A DNA stretch of 64,000 bases, from contig OZ336878.1 of NCBI GenBank assembly GCA_965287045.1, positions 104,656,001 through 104,720,000 of the forward strand, written 5' to 3'. Shown here one piece after another: positions 13,440-24,789 of this stretch. Position 1 is the stretch's first letter; each line of letters opens with the position of its first letter. The notes beneath the pieces are model-generated. The model saw nothing but the letters and a program-made list of their open reading frames with translations, was not told where the DNA came from and ran no database searches. A program made the translations under genes and the position numbers. Origin of the DNA: Carcharhinus amblyrhynchos (Eukaryota).

Positions 13440-14880
13440 TGCGGAACAACGCCACATGCACACTTGCATGCCACAGCTTGACGTAGGTTCCATCATTTTA
13501 AAAGGCAAAATATCAGCCATAACTTCTCGATTCATCATCGATCCAAGAGTTCTCGTGAGACTCCAGGATCAGACATGAAAATTTTGAACTAAGTTTGCCA
13601 TTAAAACACGGGACAATGTTTTCGCATACATCATGAAGTCTGACAGCATTTCGGAAATAGCACGGACAATTTTTTTCATATCAAGCCATCAAATAGCAAA
13701 TGTAGCCAGGCCTGCCATGGCACACTAAAAAACAGAAAGTCCAATCCGTCAAATGAATGCCCCATCGGTACTCTTCATGATCATCAAAATGTTGAAATTT
13801 TCTGTCGACAATACTTTGATACGCTGCTTGCTCAGCAGTAACTTGTTTGCTTATGCTCTGTTTGCCTTCCGCCAGCATTCCTCAGCTCCTAACTTCAGCA
13901 CACCCCTGCCAAATATGCACTCAATAGATGAGGTGGGGCGACCTCACAGCAACACTTGGCCGATTCTACGGTGAAGGTCTCCTAACAGTATTGCAGTCAC
14001 TTGGAACCAAAGGGAAATTTATCCACTATTTTGAATCACACATAGTACAGCAGAGCATGGTTGTGATTGACGAAGTTCATCGTCTCATTTCCACGGCAGC
14101 AATTTCTGAGATTAACAGAACCATTTTGTAGCTCCAACTATCCTTAACAGCTACATCGATGATTTTTCCTCCATCATGAGATCATTGCCTGAGCGATATT
14201 CAGCACTATCCCCGTCTCCATGTATACTAAATTAATCATGCCCAAATGCAGCCAAACCTGGAAAACACTCAAGAATTGGCCTGCCAAGTGACTGGCAATA
14301 ATCTCGCAGCTCAACCTTCAGGCCATGACCATCACCAAGCATAGATCATGCAAGCATCCCCTATTGGCGAAATTCATAGTAACTTCATTGCAGTATTAAT
14401 GCAATGTGACTAATAAGTCAACTTTTTTTACATATCCGATCGCGTGACAATCATTTGCTTGGCTGCCACCAAATTTGCCAACACCAATTTTCAATCACTC
14501 CGTTGTATGCACAATGATACCAGTGTGTACAAATTATACCATGCACTGCAGCAATTTACCAAACCTTATTCCCAGCATCTTTCAACGCACGAAATCGACC
14601 ATGTAGAAGCAAGGCACAGAAAATATTTAGGACACGCCCACCTGACAGGCCCCTTCAATGACATATAACAATCTAAATTTGAAGTATATTGCTGCCCCAT
14701 TACTATCGCTGGCTATTATTCCATAACTTTGCTCCTAACGGCAGTGAATGCACCGAAAGTACACGGACAGACTTACGTCAAGAAATTGGCTCCTCACCAC
14801 CACATTACCTGTCATCATAGATGAATAATAAATACTGGGCACTGCATTGACACTTCTCCAACACTTCCACATCCGATGAA
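13440..14880 (+). mobile_element. Old RT/3' fragment of the tRNA-headed LINE family
   Basis: Collinear degenerate match to about 22500-24780 (e.g. catcgatgatttttcctccatcat; cacatccgatgaa tail). Confidence 0.65.
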
Positions 14881-16694
14881 AACATTCTGTGACTAATATT
14901 AACAAGCAATTTTCATTTGATATCTTTGTGGTTGCGTACATTTTTCATAGCATTGCATATTTTGAGATCGTACGCAAGGGGGGAGTCTGAAAATTCGCTT
15001 GAAGCAAAATTTACGTCCTCTCTTTACAATTGCCTATCACTATTCCCAGTCGGATGTTACATCTATGCCATGTGTTGACGTGATCAGCTGTGTGGAATTC
15101 CTTAACTACATCCGAGAATGTTGCTTCTGCTTTTAAGCATATTTGCAATGATTAGTTTTTGCTTCAAGAAAATTGGTGCTGCATTTTCAGCAGATTGCTC
15201 CCAGAGCCCAAAGATTTTCTAATTGGATGGATTGGCCATTGTTTTGTGAAGTTGCAGGGTTAGAATGCAGGAGAGGATCTGGGTAAGATACTCTGTCAAA
15301 TACTCCACCCAGACACTTCAGCACTTTTGATATTCCATGATTGTCTTGGCACAATAATAGTTAGAAGCATCTGTGACAAATAGATAGCTGATCGTGAAGT
15401 AGGAGGAATTAACAATGGCGTCCACTGTCATCTGTTGTAGCTTTTAGCTGCATGCTATTGTAATAAACACATATTCGGCACAACAAGTGTTAATGTGAGG
15501 CTGGAGATTGTCACCATCACAGTATGAGATAGATAGTCATTTGAGAGTAGTCCTTGACATAATATTCTCCAGAAAATCGTCACGAAGACGTCACACATAA
15601 ATGGCCATACACGTGATATGCATATACCTATGAGTTTGAATGTTGAATAATTGAATGTTTAAGTAGATAATTCTCAAGAATTATCAGGTGGCGTTCAAAT
15701 AAACCTTTACAATATCATTACTTTCCCTTTCAGATTCCTTTCTAGCTTGACCAGTATTGAAGTCAGCGTACATCTCGCAATGCCATTTTCAAAGTGTGAT
15801 GGATTTTTGGACGGCAGGCGTACGAGCTACTGTCTAGTATCATCAAAATAGCGTGGAACGAATTTTGCGTGACAGTTAGCAGCGCTAGCTTCATCTAATC
15901 TAGCAACATCAACATGGCGCAGAGCAAATGCTCGAGAGATTCTCGTGACTGATTGCCTAAAAATATTTGCTACTTCCCAACGCATAAGTAAAAAGTGCAA
16001 TGAATATTTTCTTGGGTAGATCGGCGCAGCTACACAATGAGACAGAGAAACTTTAACATCAGCCAGAGCGAAATAAAGCGTTATTTGCAATTTATGCTCC
16101 CAACCTTCACATCACACTGGATACCTTCGAGCAGCGCCATAACCATTCTCTCCTCCATATTAAGTACATCGTGATTGTGAAATACATCTTTTTTAAAATG
16201 GTCTCCGGCAATTACCAATTTGTCTTTGAGGGCATCCATGAAAGACATTACTTTGATTATTAAGGATAAACATTGCCGGCCCATAGGAACATTGCCATCT
16301 CCAATCTCCCTTGCAAGACATTGACCTGGCTTGACAATATATCACATTCCCTTATTCTCGCTGAGTCACTCTTCTTAACAGATAATTGAGTGCTGACAGA
16401 GCATGGGCTACAGCGTTTCAAGGTGGATGCTCAGCATCAGTGTTTCAACGATAATGTTTCAACAACAAAGGGAATAAATGCTGAGCTTCCATGTGCTGCT
16501 CAAAGCCACGTATGGCTGAACCCCTTGTTAGCAGCCTTACCTCTTCACCTTCCCATGCACTCAATGATACAGATGAGTTCTATACGTCTGACTGCACCTG
16601 CACATCACCACACGTATTCAGCTAATGCATGCTTTCAAGTGAAACATCAGTCACCTAATCTAACATTTGACTTGGATTTAATTGGGATACTCAC

Positions 16695-16721
16695 TTGTGG
16701 TTTCGTGAAGTTTTTGCAGTT
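16695..16721 (-). CDS. Micro-exon (27 nt): ELQKLHETT
   Basis: ttttaattttaaatcag|AACTGCAAAAACTTCACGAAACCACAA|gtgagt. Confidence 0.8.
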
Positions 16722-16865
16722 CTGATTTAAAATTAAAACAGAGTTTAATTAGATTTGATGATCTATACTCTGAAAATCGAGATAAATAACAAAGTTCTGC
16801 ACAACATATATTTAAAACAATGTCATGAACAACATTTTCATAAATTGGAAAAAGCATAAACTTAC

Positions 16866-16892
16866 CTGCTTTGAGATGGATCAACCGTTCGT
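16866..16892 (-). CDS. Micro-exon (27 nt): DERLIHLKA
   Basis: gttaacttttgcag|ACGAACGGTTGATCCATCTCAAAGCAG|gtaagt. Confidence 0.85.
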
Positions 16893-16999
16893 CTGCAAAA
16901 GTTAACGTTTTATTGGAATGCAACTGTATAATTTAGAAAACTGTGCAGAACGACAGAAAACAATCACTCCACTTGGCTATCTATTTCAGCCAGCCATTA

Positions 17000-18800
17000 C
17001 AAATTGCATTTCGTAGCTCTGCACGATATGAAAGCCAAAAAGAACATGTATGATTTAAATACTTTGAATCTTCCAGTCTCCATTACTCCTTCACGGAATA
17101 AGTTCCTGAGCTCAAACAATTTTGGGGTAAAAGGGAATTGTCTGCCCGCCGAACAAGCTTACGTCTCTGATGATAAATCAATTCAGCTCATTGTGCACCC
17201 CACAACATACGAATGCATGAAAGTTCTTATGCTTCGTATCCGCATAAGTCACACCTCTGCGACTTTAATTAGGTCTCCCCTCAGTTTCTGTTGTCGCAAA
17301 ACATATAATCTGAGTTCATCGCATGTTGCTTCAGAATTATAATTTTTCCGCCAAGCTAAAAACATCGCAATACCAGTTGTACTCCAATCATTGCAATTAA
17401 ACATTTATGATTGCAATTCTCCAGATTTGCATTTAGCTGTTCAACTATCGCCAAATCAATGTTTTATAGAGTTTCAACATTAGTTACTAGCTCTGATATT
17501 GAATCTAAAGCTCCTATGGTGAAGGCAGTTTGCCAACATATGTCCTGCTTTTTTTTGTGGCCATCAAGGATATTCATCCATGCGCCACTCTACCTTTGTT
17601 CATTTAACCATCTCGATACCCTATCACTTATTGTGCATAACTTCCCCCTGTTAACTTTTTCTTCAACTGCATTGGCTCACATTTCTGTAGTATGAAGTGA
17701 TTTACAATCGCTCCTCTCACTTGTCTCCCCAGTGATTTCATCCCTCTGTCTACCGTGATACTGCCTCAAATCCAACCATATCCTCGACTTGCGTAGCATT
17801 TGGACACGTCTTGATCATACGCTATCAGTTTATGCCCAGACTGTTGATACATATACAGAAATTAAGCAGCATATTACAACACTTTGAGGAAACCCATTGG
17901 AAACAAACTCCAAAGAAGAAACACCTATATAAAGTTGGAGTTTTGGCTCTGTTCGAATTTTGCAGCCGAGTTTGGATACTCTCTTAGATCCCAAATCCTC
18001 ATTTTTCTGGTTTCCATCAATTCCACAGAAACCACTTTAATCTATATCATAACATGATAGGACCTAGGAGTCTTTGGGCGCATCTTTGAAAGCGTCTAGG
18101 TGCATTTGGGAGCGCCTACTAGTTGTCTTCGGAAATTAAAACTGTCAATATGTCACAGCTCATTTGTAGTCCGGGTTGCCTGTTCTTTATAACTGCACAT
18201 TCAATTTCCTTTAGAAACCAATGCATTTTAAACCATATTAGTGGACAGAGTGTTCCTTCGCTTGTTGCTTACTGTGTGAAGAGGTTCCTCGCCATACTCT
18301 GTTTACATCACTTGCTGAATTCTGAACGCCTGTATGTCGCTGTCCTTGTACAATCAGCTAATTGGAACAGATTTTTTTCATGCACCTTTTCGGAACATGC
18401 CGCAAAGGTACATACTTCTGCCAAATGTGATGTTAATATTTTAATTCCCACAGGGAAAGCAACCTATATTTTCAATCCAATGTTGCAGCCAATCTTCCGG
18501 AAATATTCTGCAAGATTCTTCCAGCTAGGGCTTTCCCATCTAAAGTATAGTGAAGGAAACTATCGTACAGGGGCTTTACCAGAGGTTTTTACTAGAGGCT
18601 TTTAGTTATGCACCATAAGTTCTTTGCTTCTGCTTTGAGGAAATTCACGATGCTTTGCTAAACATTGTCTAAGTGATTCTTGCCAAATTTAAAAAAAAAG
18701 GTTGCACCCGACGCGCCTCTGCTCCTTCACAGTCTTTGGAACTGTGCCATTAACGATTAGTTGCCTCTCCGATCCCTTCTTCCACAATGTAACAGCACAT
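17000..18800 (-). mobile_element. Highly decayed CR1 fragments
   Basis: Patchy reverse-complement similarity to the CR1 3' UTR and RT in two blocks (about 17000-17640 and 18150-18800). Confidence 0.45.
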
Positions 18801-19941
18801 AGGCACATATTAAACTCTCTCTTTCTCCTATTTCTCGAATTTCTCTCAAATCAATGCCATCTCGGCATACAGGTTGCCTGACTGTTTTTCGAGCACGTGC
18901 GTGCATAAATACATTCATCTCGGGCTAATTTTTAACGGTTAACATCCGGACAATGCCAACATTTTTACAAATTACCAGCTGAGTGCTGTTGTAGAGAAAA
19001 CCGGTAGCTGAAAAACAGAACCGTCTATTTGCACGCTGAATGCTACTTACACTGGATTACAAATCGAGAGATGCAGGCTCATGGCCATCAAATCCTACCG
19101 TGGCAACTTTTTTACAAGTAATTTTGGAACCTGCTTGCTAATCCGAGCAATGGTGGCGATTGAACTGTCACCGATTGCCATAAGCAACTCTAAGAGTGCG
19201 CTTCAGGAAAGGAAACCTGACTTCTCAATAGAATATGTAAACAAAGTAAGATTATCCAAGAGAAGTTGGTTTATCAAGTCAACAACTAAGAATCTGAATA
19301 TGTGAGCTGCTTAATGTGATACTACAAGTGCCAAAGGCAGAAACAATCTCCTATCCAACTGATGTATCAGATTTATTCGTTTATTGTGTGAAAAAACGAT
19401 TGGTTGCATGAGCCTTATACCGCTGTGGTGATCAATAAATGTTCACTCTATTTTATTGACAAAAGGAGAACGACAAAGCGCTGAACCAGCAAAAAAGAAC
19501 TGACACACAAAACACGGGTGTGTAATTGCGAATGGCTCCCAGGATAAAAATAAAGAATCACAGAAGTTCAACAGCGCTGAGCAATGTTGGGAGTCTAAAC
19601 GCCTTGTTTAAGCAAAGTGCATTGTCGGTGGACATTCTGAAACATGAAGCAAGTTGTTAATGTGGAAGATTTAGATTGAATGAAACAATGGGTCTGGTTT
19701 GTTGCTAAGAAAGATAAATGAAAAAAAATCACAAAACATGGATAGGCTTTCTTTCAGATTATATATTGAAAGAAAAGAGAAGGCTTGACAATTAACGATG
19801 GATTTCTATGTAGTGGAGGTTTTCAAATATAGTTAAGATAGCGCCCATAACCAGACCAATGCACTTCTTTGCAAAGGATAATTGTTGGCTCTTTAACTTT
19901 GGACTGACTTGCACAACATTACCTTGTTCTGCAGGACTCAC

Positions 19942-19968
19942 CATCAGTTTTGTATTTCATGTCTTGGA
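19942..19968 (-). CDS. Micro-exon (27 nt): VQDMKYKTD
   Basis: ttttgttttcatttag|TCCAAGACATGAAATACAAAACTGATG|gtgagt. Confidence 0.85.
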
Positions 19969-20123
19969 CTAAATGAAAACAAAAATGAAGAAGACCATGG
20001 TGAAAAAAAGACCCATGGCGTTATTATGGTCCCTATCATGTAATTCAAGAAATAGAAAAAAGACAAGTAATGATTTTTTACGTTGTTTCTGGAAAAATGT
20101 CAATGTCGCTATTCTTATTTAAC

Positions 20124-20150
20124 CTTTATTAGCGTCGATGAGCTTCTTTT
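20124..20150 (-). CDS. Micro-exon (27 nt): EKKLIDANK
   Basis: catgtttctccgcag|AAAAGAAGCTCATCGACGCTAATAAAG|gttaaa. Confidence 0.75.
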
Positions 20151-20264
20151 CTGCGGAGAAACATGAACAATTATGCTGATGGAATACAATAAATTGTCTA
20201 TGGTATATTTTCATTGTCATCATATTGTCATGTTTTCAATTGCATATATAAGACGATGAAAGCA

Positions 20265-20480
20265 AACTAACAGCGAAGTACTGCCGCAGCTGTAGTTCAG
20301 AACTTAAAACAAAACTAACACACGTCGCATGTTCAGCATCATTAAAGAGAGGAACGACGTGAACGTTTTGAATCCAACATCACTTTCTTCGCTGCAAATT
20401 CATACTGGACCCAACATTTTAACACTTTTCCTCTCTCCACTGATGCGGTCAAACCTGCTGACATCTTTCCAGCGCTCTCT
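20265..20480. mobile_element. Degenerate inverted-repeat element of Penelope terminal-repeat type
   Basis: Left arm cagcatc..agagaggaa..gtgaacgttttgaatcca pairs with right arm tggacccaacattttaacac..ttcctctct..gatgcgg. Confidence 0.5.
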
Positions 20481-20529
20481 TACCTTACTACAAACATGAG
20501 CGCCTGTAATACTCTAAGAAACTCATGAC

Positions 20530-20930
20530 CTTAGAAACACAGCATCAAGAGCAGGCCATTGGGCGCTTCGTGTCCACAACATCATTCAATAAGATCATGC
20601 TGATCTGATTGTAATTTTAAATGCACTTCCCCTTCCGTTCGTATACTACTTGTCTCTGTATCAGACATCTGTCAACCATAGCTCGAATTAAACAGAATGA
20701 CCGCGACCATATTGCGAGGAATAGAGTTCCACAGGTTGACACCCTCGGCGTGAGAACAATATCTCAAAATCGGGATTTTGGATTCTTGTTTTAAACAATG
20801 TACCCGTGGTCTTTCCACGTTAGCAAATCGTAACTGTTTCCCTCTATGCGCCCTATGAATTCTCTTAACCGTTTTTTTTCCCGGTAAAATTATCAGTCAT
20901 TTTTCTGATTTTCAATGCGTAAAATGTCAT
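20530..20930 (-). mobile_element. Old CR1 3' UTR fragment
   Basis: agcaggccatt...cattcaataagatcatgctgatctg matches the CR1 tail of the young copies. Confidence 0.6.
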
Positions 20931-20986
20931 CATAATGCACAAAATGTCAGAATTGCAGTTCTCTACCCACCTTGGATGGGAGATAA

Positions 20987-21059
20987 TGGCCTAGTGGTAT
21001 TATCGGTCGACAATTAATCCAGAAGCCAGATAAAGGTCTGATGCCTGGGTTCGAATTCC
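20987..21059 (+). promoter_or_regulatory. Internal Pol III type-2 promoter (A and B boxes)
   Basis: TGGCCTAGTGG fits TRGCNNARYGG; GGTTCGAATTCC fits GTTCRANNC. Confidence 0.7.
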
Positions 21060-23812
21060 TCCAGGGCAGATGGTGGATATGAAGTCAATTAAACAAAAAT
21101 CTGAAATTAAGATCTATTGATGACCACGAAACCATTGTCGATTTTCGGGAAAACCTAGCCGGTTCACTAATGTCATTTTGTGAAGGAAATTTGCCTTCCT
21201 TACCGGGCCTGGACCACATGGGATCCCAGAACCATAACAAAATGGTTGACTCTCAGTTGTCCTCTGAAATGGCTTAGCAACCACTCAGACGTATCCATCG
21301 CTGCAAAGTCTCAAGAAAGATATGAAACTAGACGGACCAGCTGGCTTTGACCTCGGCACCGGGAAAGACAACAGCAAAAGAAGGAGCCCTGTCAACTCTG
21401 CAACATCCTCCTTACCAACATCTGGTGGTTAATGGATGGCTAAGACTGGGAGAGCTGTCGCATAGATTCATCAAACAACAGCCTGACATACTGATTCTTA
21501 CGGAGCCGTACATCCAAAACCCTAAATATCACCATTACCATCCTTGGATATGTCCTGTCTCAGCGGCAGGACAAGACCCGCTGGAAGTGGTGGCACAATG
21601 GTATACAGTCAGGAGGGAGTTTCCGTGGGAGGCCTTAACATCGACTCCGGACTCCATGAAGTTTCATGGCTTCAGGTTAATTATGGAAACCTCTTCCTGG
21701 TTACCACGTATCCTCTTCTTTCGGCTGATGTATCGGTAATACTCCATGTTGAACAAAACTTGGAGGAAACACTGAGAGTGACAATGGCGCAAAATCTACT
21801 GTGGGTGGGGGATTTCTATTTCCATCACCAAGCCTGGCTCGGCCTGAACTGGTCTGGTCCTGATTGACTGGGTCTGCAGTAGGTGGTGAGGGAACCAACA
21901 AGAGGAAAAACATACTTGACGTCATTCTTACAAATCTGCTTTTGCAGATCCATCTGTCCATGTCATTAGCGGTACGAGTGAAAAAAAAACAGACTTTTTG
22001 GAGATGAAGTCCCGCCTTGATATTGAGAAGAACCATCCTCGTGGCAGTATCACCGTGCCAAATGGGGCAGAGTTCGAACTGTTCTTGGAAGTCAAGACTG
22101 TGCATCCATGGGGCTTTGCGGGTCATCAAAATAATCAGGAATGTACTGCCACAATCCAAAACCTCATGGCACTTCAAATTTCCCACTCAACAATTACCAT
22201 CAAGCCAGTGGATCAAACCTAGTTCAATGGAAACTGCAGGAGGGCATGCCAGGAGCAGCACTGGGGTATACCTAAAACTGAGATATCTCTCTGATGAAGC
22301 TACTGAACAGAGCTGCTTGCGTGCCAAAAGCAAAAAAAAGTGACTCAAAATCAGCTGATCAGACCAAAGCTATGCCGTTGTAGCACATCAATCGTGACTG
22401 TTGATGGAGAACTAATCATCTGAGTGGAGGAGGAATACTCCAGAAATATCCCTATCCTCGGTGATGGAGGATTCCAGTGCAAAAGATAAGACTAAGGTAT
22501 TTGTATTCATCTTCACCCAGAAGCGCCGATCCATTTCAGCTTCCACTAGTGGGCCCCCGCTTTCCAGTCTCCAGCAAATTAGATTCATTCCACGCAACAT
22601 CTAAAACGGTTGGAGGCACTGGATACTGCAAAGGCAATAGGCCCTGATGACATTCCGTCAATAGTACTGTCATTGCTCCAGAATTTGCCGTTCCCCTACC
22701 TAAGCTTTTGTAGTACATTTAGAACGTTGGCATCTACCCAACAATGTGGAACGTCGCCCCGATATGTCCTTTACACAAACAAGCAGGGCAAATCCAACCA
22801 GTAAACGTCCAAACAGTCTACGCCGGATCATCAGTAAAATGGTAGAAAGGGAATCAACAGCCCTGTTCAGCTGTAAGCTGCTCGCTGACGCCCGATTTGG
22901 TTTTCGTCAGGATCTCTTAGCTGCTGGTCTCTATACAACCTTGGTTCAATTACGGACAAAGAACTGAACCCAGTCATTAGGTGAGAGTGATAGCCCTCAA
23001 TATCAAGGTCACATTCGACCGAGTGCGTTATCATGGAGCACTAGCAAAACTATAGTCAATGAATATCAGGGGACAAGAACTCGGACGCTTCTAGGGCACT
23101 TTGGGCACTTCTAGGCCCAAAGACCTTCAGCTGCTTCATCAATGACGTCCCCTCCGTCACACGGTGAGAATTGGGGATTTTCCCCGATGATTGCACAATG
23201 TTCAGCACTGTTCAGAACTCCTCAGATAAAGAAGCAGGGAACGTTGAAATGCAACACGATGTGGACAATGTCTAGGCTTGGGCTGACAACTGGCAAATAA
23301 CATTTGGGCCGCACAAATGCCATGCAATGACCATCACCAGTAAGTGACATTCAACAACCCCCCACCCCTCCTTGGCATTTGATGATATTGCCATCACTGA
23401 GTGCCACACAGTGCCAACATCGTTGGGTTTACCATTAACCGGAAACTCAATTGGGCTCACCACATAAACACAATGGCTATAAAAGCAAGTCAGAGGTTAG
23501 GAATACTGCGACGACTAATCAGTTCCTGACTCCACAAAGCCTATCCGCCATCTTCAGTGCACAAGCCAGGAGCGCGATGGAATTCTCTCCACTTTCTTGG
23601 ATGGGTCCAGCTCCAAAAATACTTAGGAAGCTTGACACCATCCAGGAAAAAGCAACTCCCTTGATAGGCACCATATCAACGAACATCCTCTCCCATCCCC
23701 TACTGACGCTCTGTAGCATCAGTGTGTACTATCAACAAGATCAGCAATTCACCAAAGATCCTTAGCTCCTTCCAAACCAGAAAACTTCCGTCTCGAACGA
23801 CGAAGACAACAA

Positions 23813-24548
23813 ATAAGAACATAAGAAATAGGAGCAGGAGTAGGCCATCTAGCCCTTCGAGCCTGCCCCGCCATTCAATAAGATCATGGCTGATCTGTCA
23901 TGGCTCAGTTCCACATTCCCGCCCTCTCCCCATAACCCTTAATCCCCTCTCTTATCAAAAACCCATCAACCCGCGTCTTAAAAATATTTAGCGAGGCAGC
24001 CTCCCCCACTTCAACGGGCAGAGAATTCCAGAGATTCACCACCCTTTGAGTGAAGAAGATCTTCCTCAACTCCGTTCTAAACCGCACCCCCCCCCACTTT
24101 ATCTTGAGGCTGTGCCCCCTAGTCCTATTATCCTTTCTGAGCGGGAAGAGTCTCTCCACCTCTATCCTATCCATCCCGTTCATCATCTTATACGTCTCAA
24201 TGAGATCTCCCCTCATTCTTCTAAGCTCTAACGAGTACAAGCCTAGTTTATTCAGCCTCTCCTCATAGCTCAATCCCCTCAACTCCGGTATCAGCCTAGT
24301 AAACCTCCTCTGCACTCCCTCCAAGGCCAAAATATCTTTGCGCAGGTGCGGCGCCCAAAACTGCACACAGTACTCCAGCTGCGGCCACACCAATGCCCTA
24401 TACAGCCGCAGTAAGACCTCCCTACTTTTATACTCAATCCCCCTCGCTATGAAGGCCAACATCCCATTCGCCTTCCTGACCACCTGCTGCACCTGCAAGC
24501 TGGGTTTTTGCGACTCATGCACAAGGACCCCAAGGTCCCTCTGCACCA
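23813..24548 (-). mobile_element. Young CR1 3' fragment inserted in the tRNA-headed LINE; open ORF2 C-terminus (23905-24548)
   Basis: VQRDLGVLVHESQKPS...FFTQRVVNLWNSLP...GYGERAGMWN*; host LINE resumes after 24548. Confidence 0.95.
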
Positions 24549-24789
24549 CCTCCAATTGTAAGCTACTCTCGAATCCACTCACAATGCGGATTTGGAAATA
24601 TATCACTGTTCCTTTGCAGTCGCTCCGTCAAAATCCTGGAATTCCCTCCCGAACGGCATCGTGGGTCAAACATAGGCTGCAGCAATGCAAGAAAACAGCT
24701 TATCACCACCTTTTCAAGGGAAACTAGGGTGAGCAATAAAAGCTTGTCACCCAGCAGCGCCCGTGTCCCATGAATGAATAGCAGTAGTA

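Larger units (their letters stand above)
20978..24780 (+). mobile_element. Near full-length CR1/L2-group LINE with tRNA-type 5' head, APE endonuclease and RT, no ORF1; decayed
   Basis: A box 20987-20997, B box 21048-21059; EN motifs QPDILILTE and WVGDF; RT-region motifs KAIGPDDIP, FGFRQ, FPDDCTMF; tail cccatgaatgaata. Confidence 0.85.

Noticed and set aside
15827-16284. PRYFDDT as a reverse transcriptase catalytic motif
   Set aside because: Spacing to upstream motifs does not fit Penelope or LINE RT, and no other RT motifs are nearby.
18976-19200. Minus-strand exon pair giving ALLELLMAIGDSS...KLPR and YRFSLQQHSA
   Set aside because: Needs a phase-2 entry that the flanking phase-1 exons do not provide, and it breaks the A/B alternation.
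20978-21070. Functional tRNA gene
   Set aside because: A and B boxes are present but no cloverleaf is evident, and the segment continues into a retroelement body.
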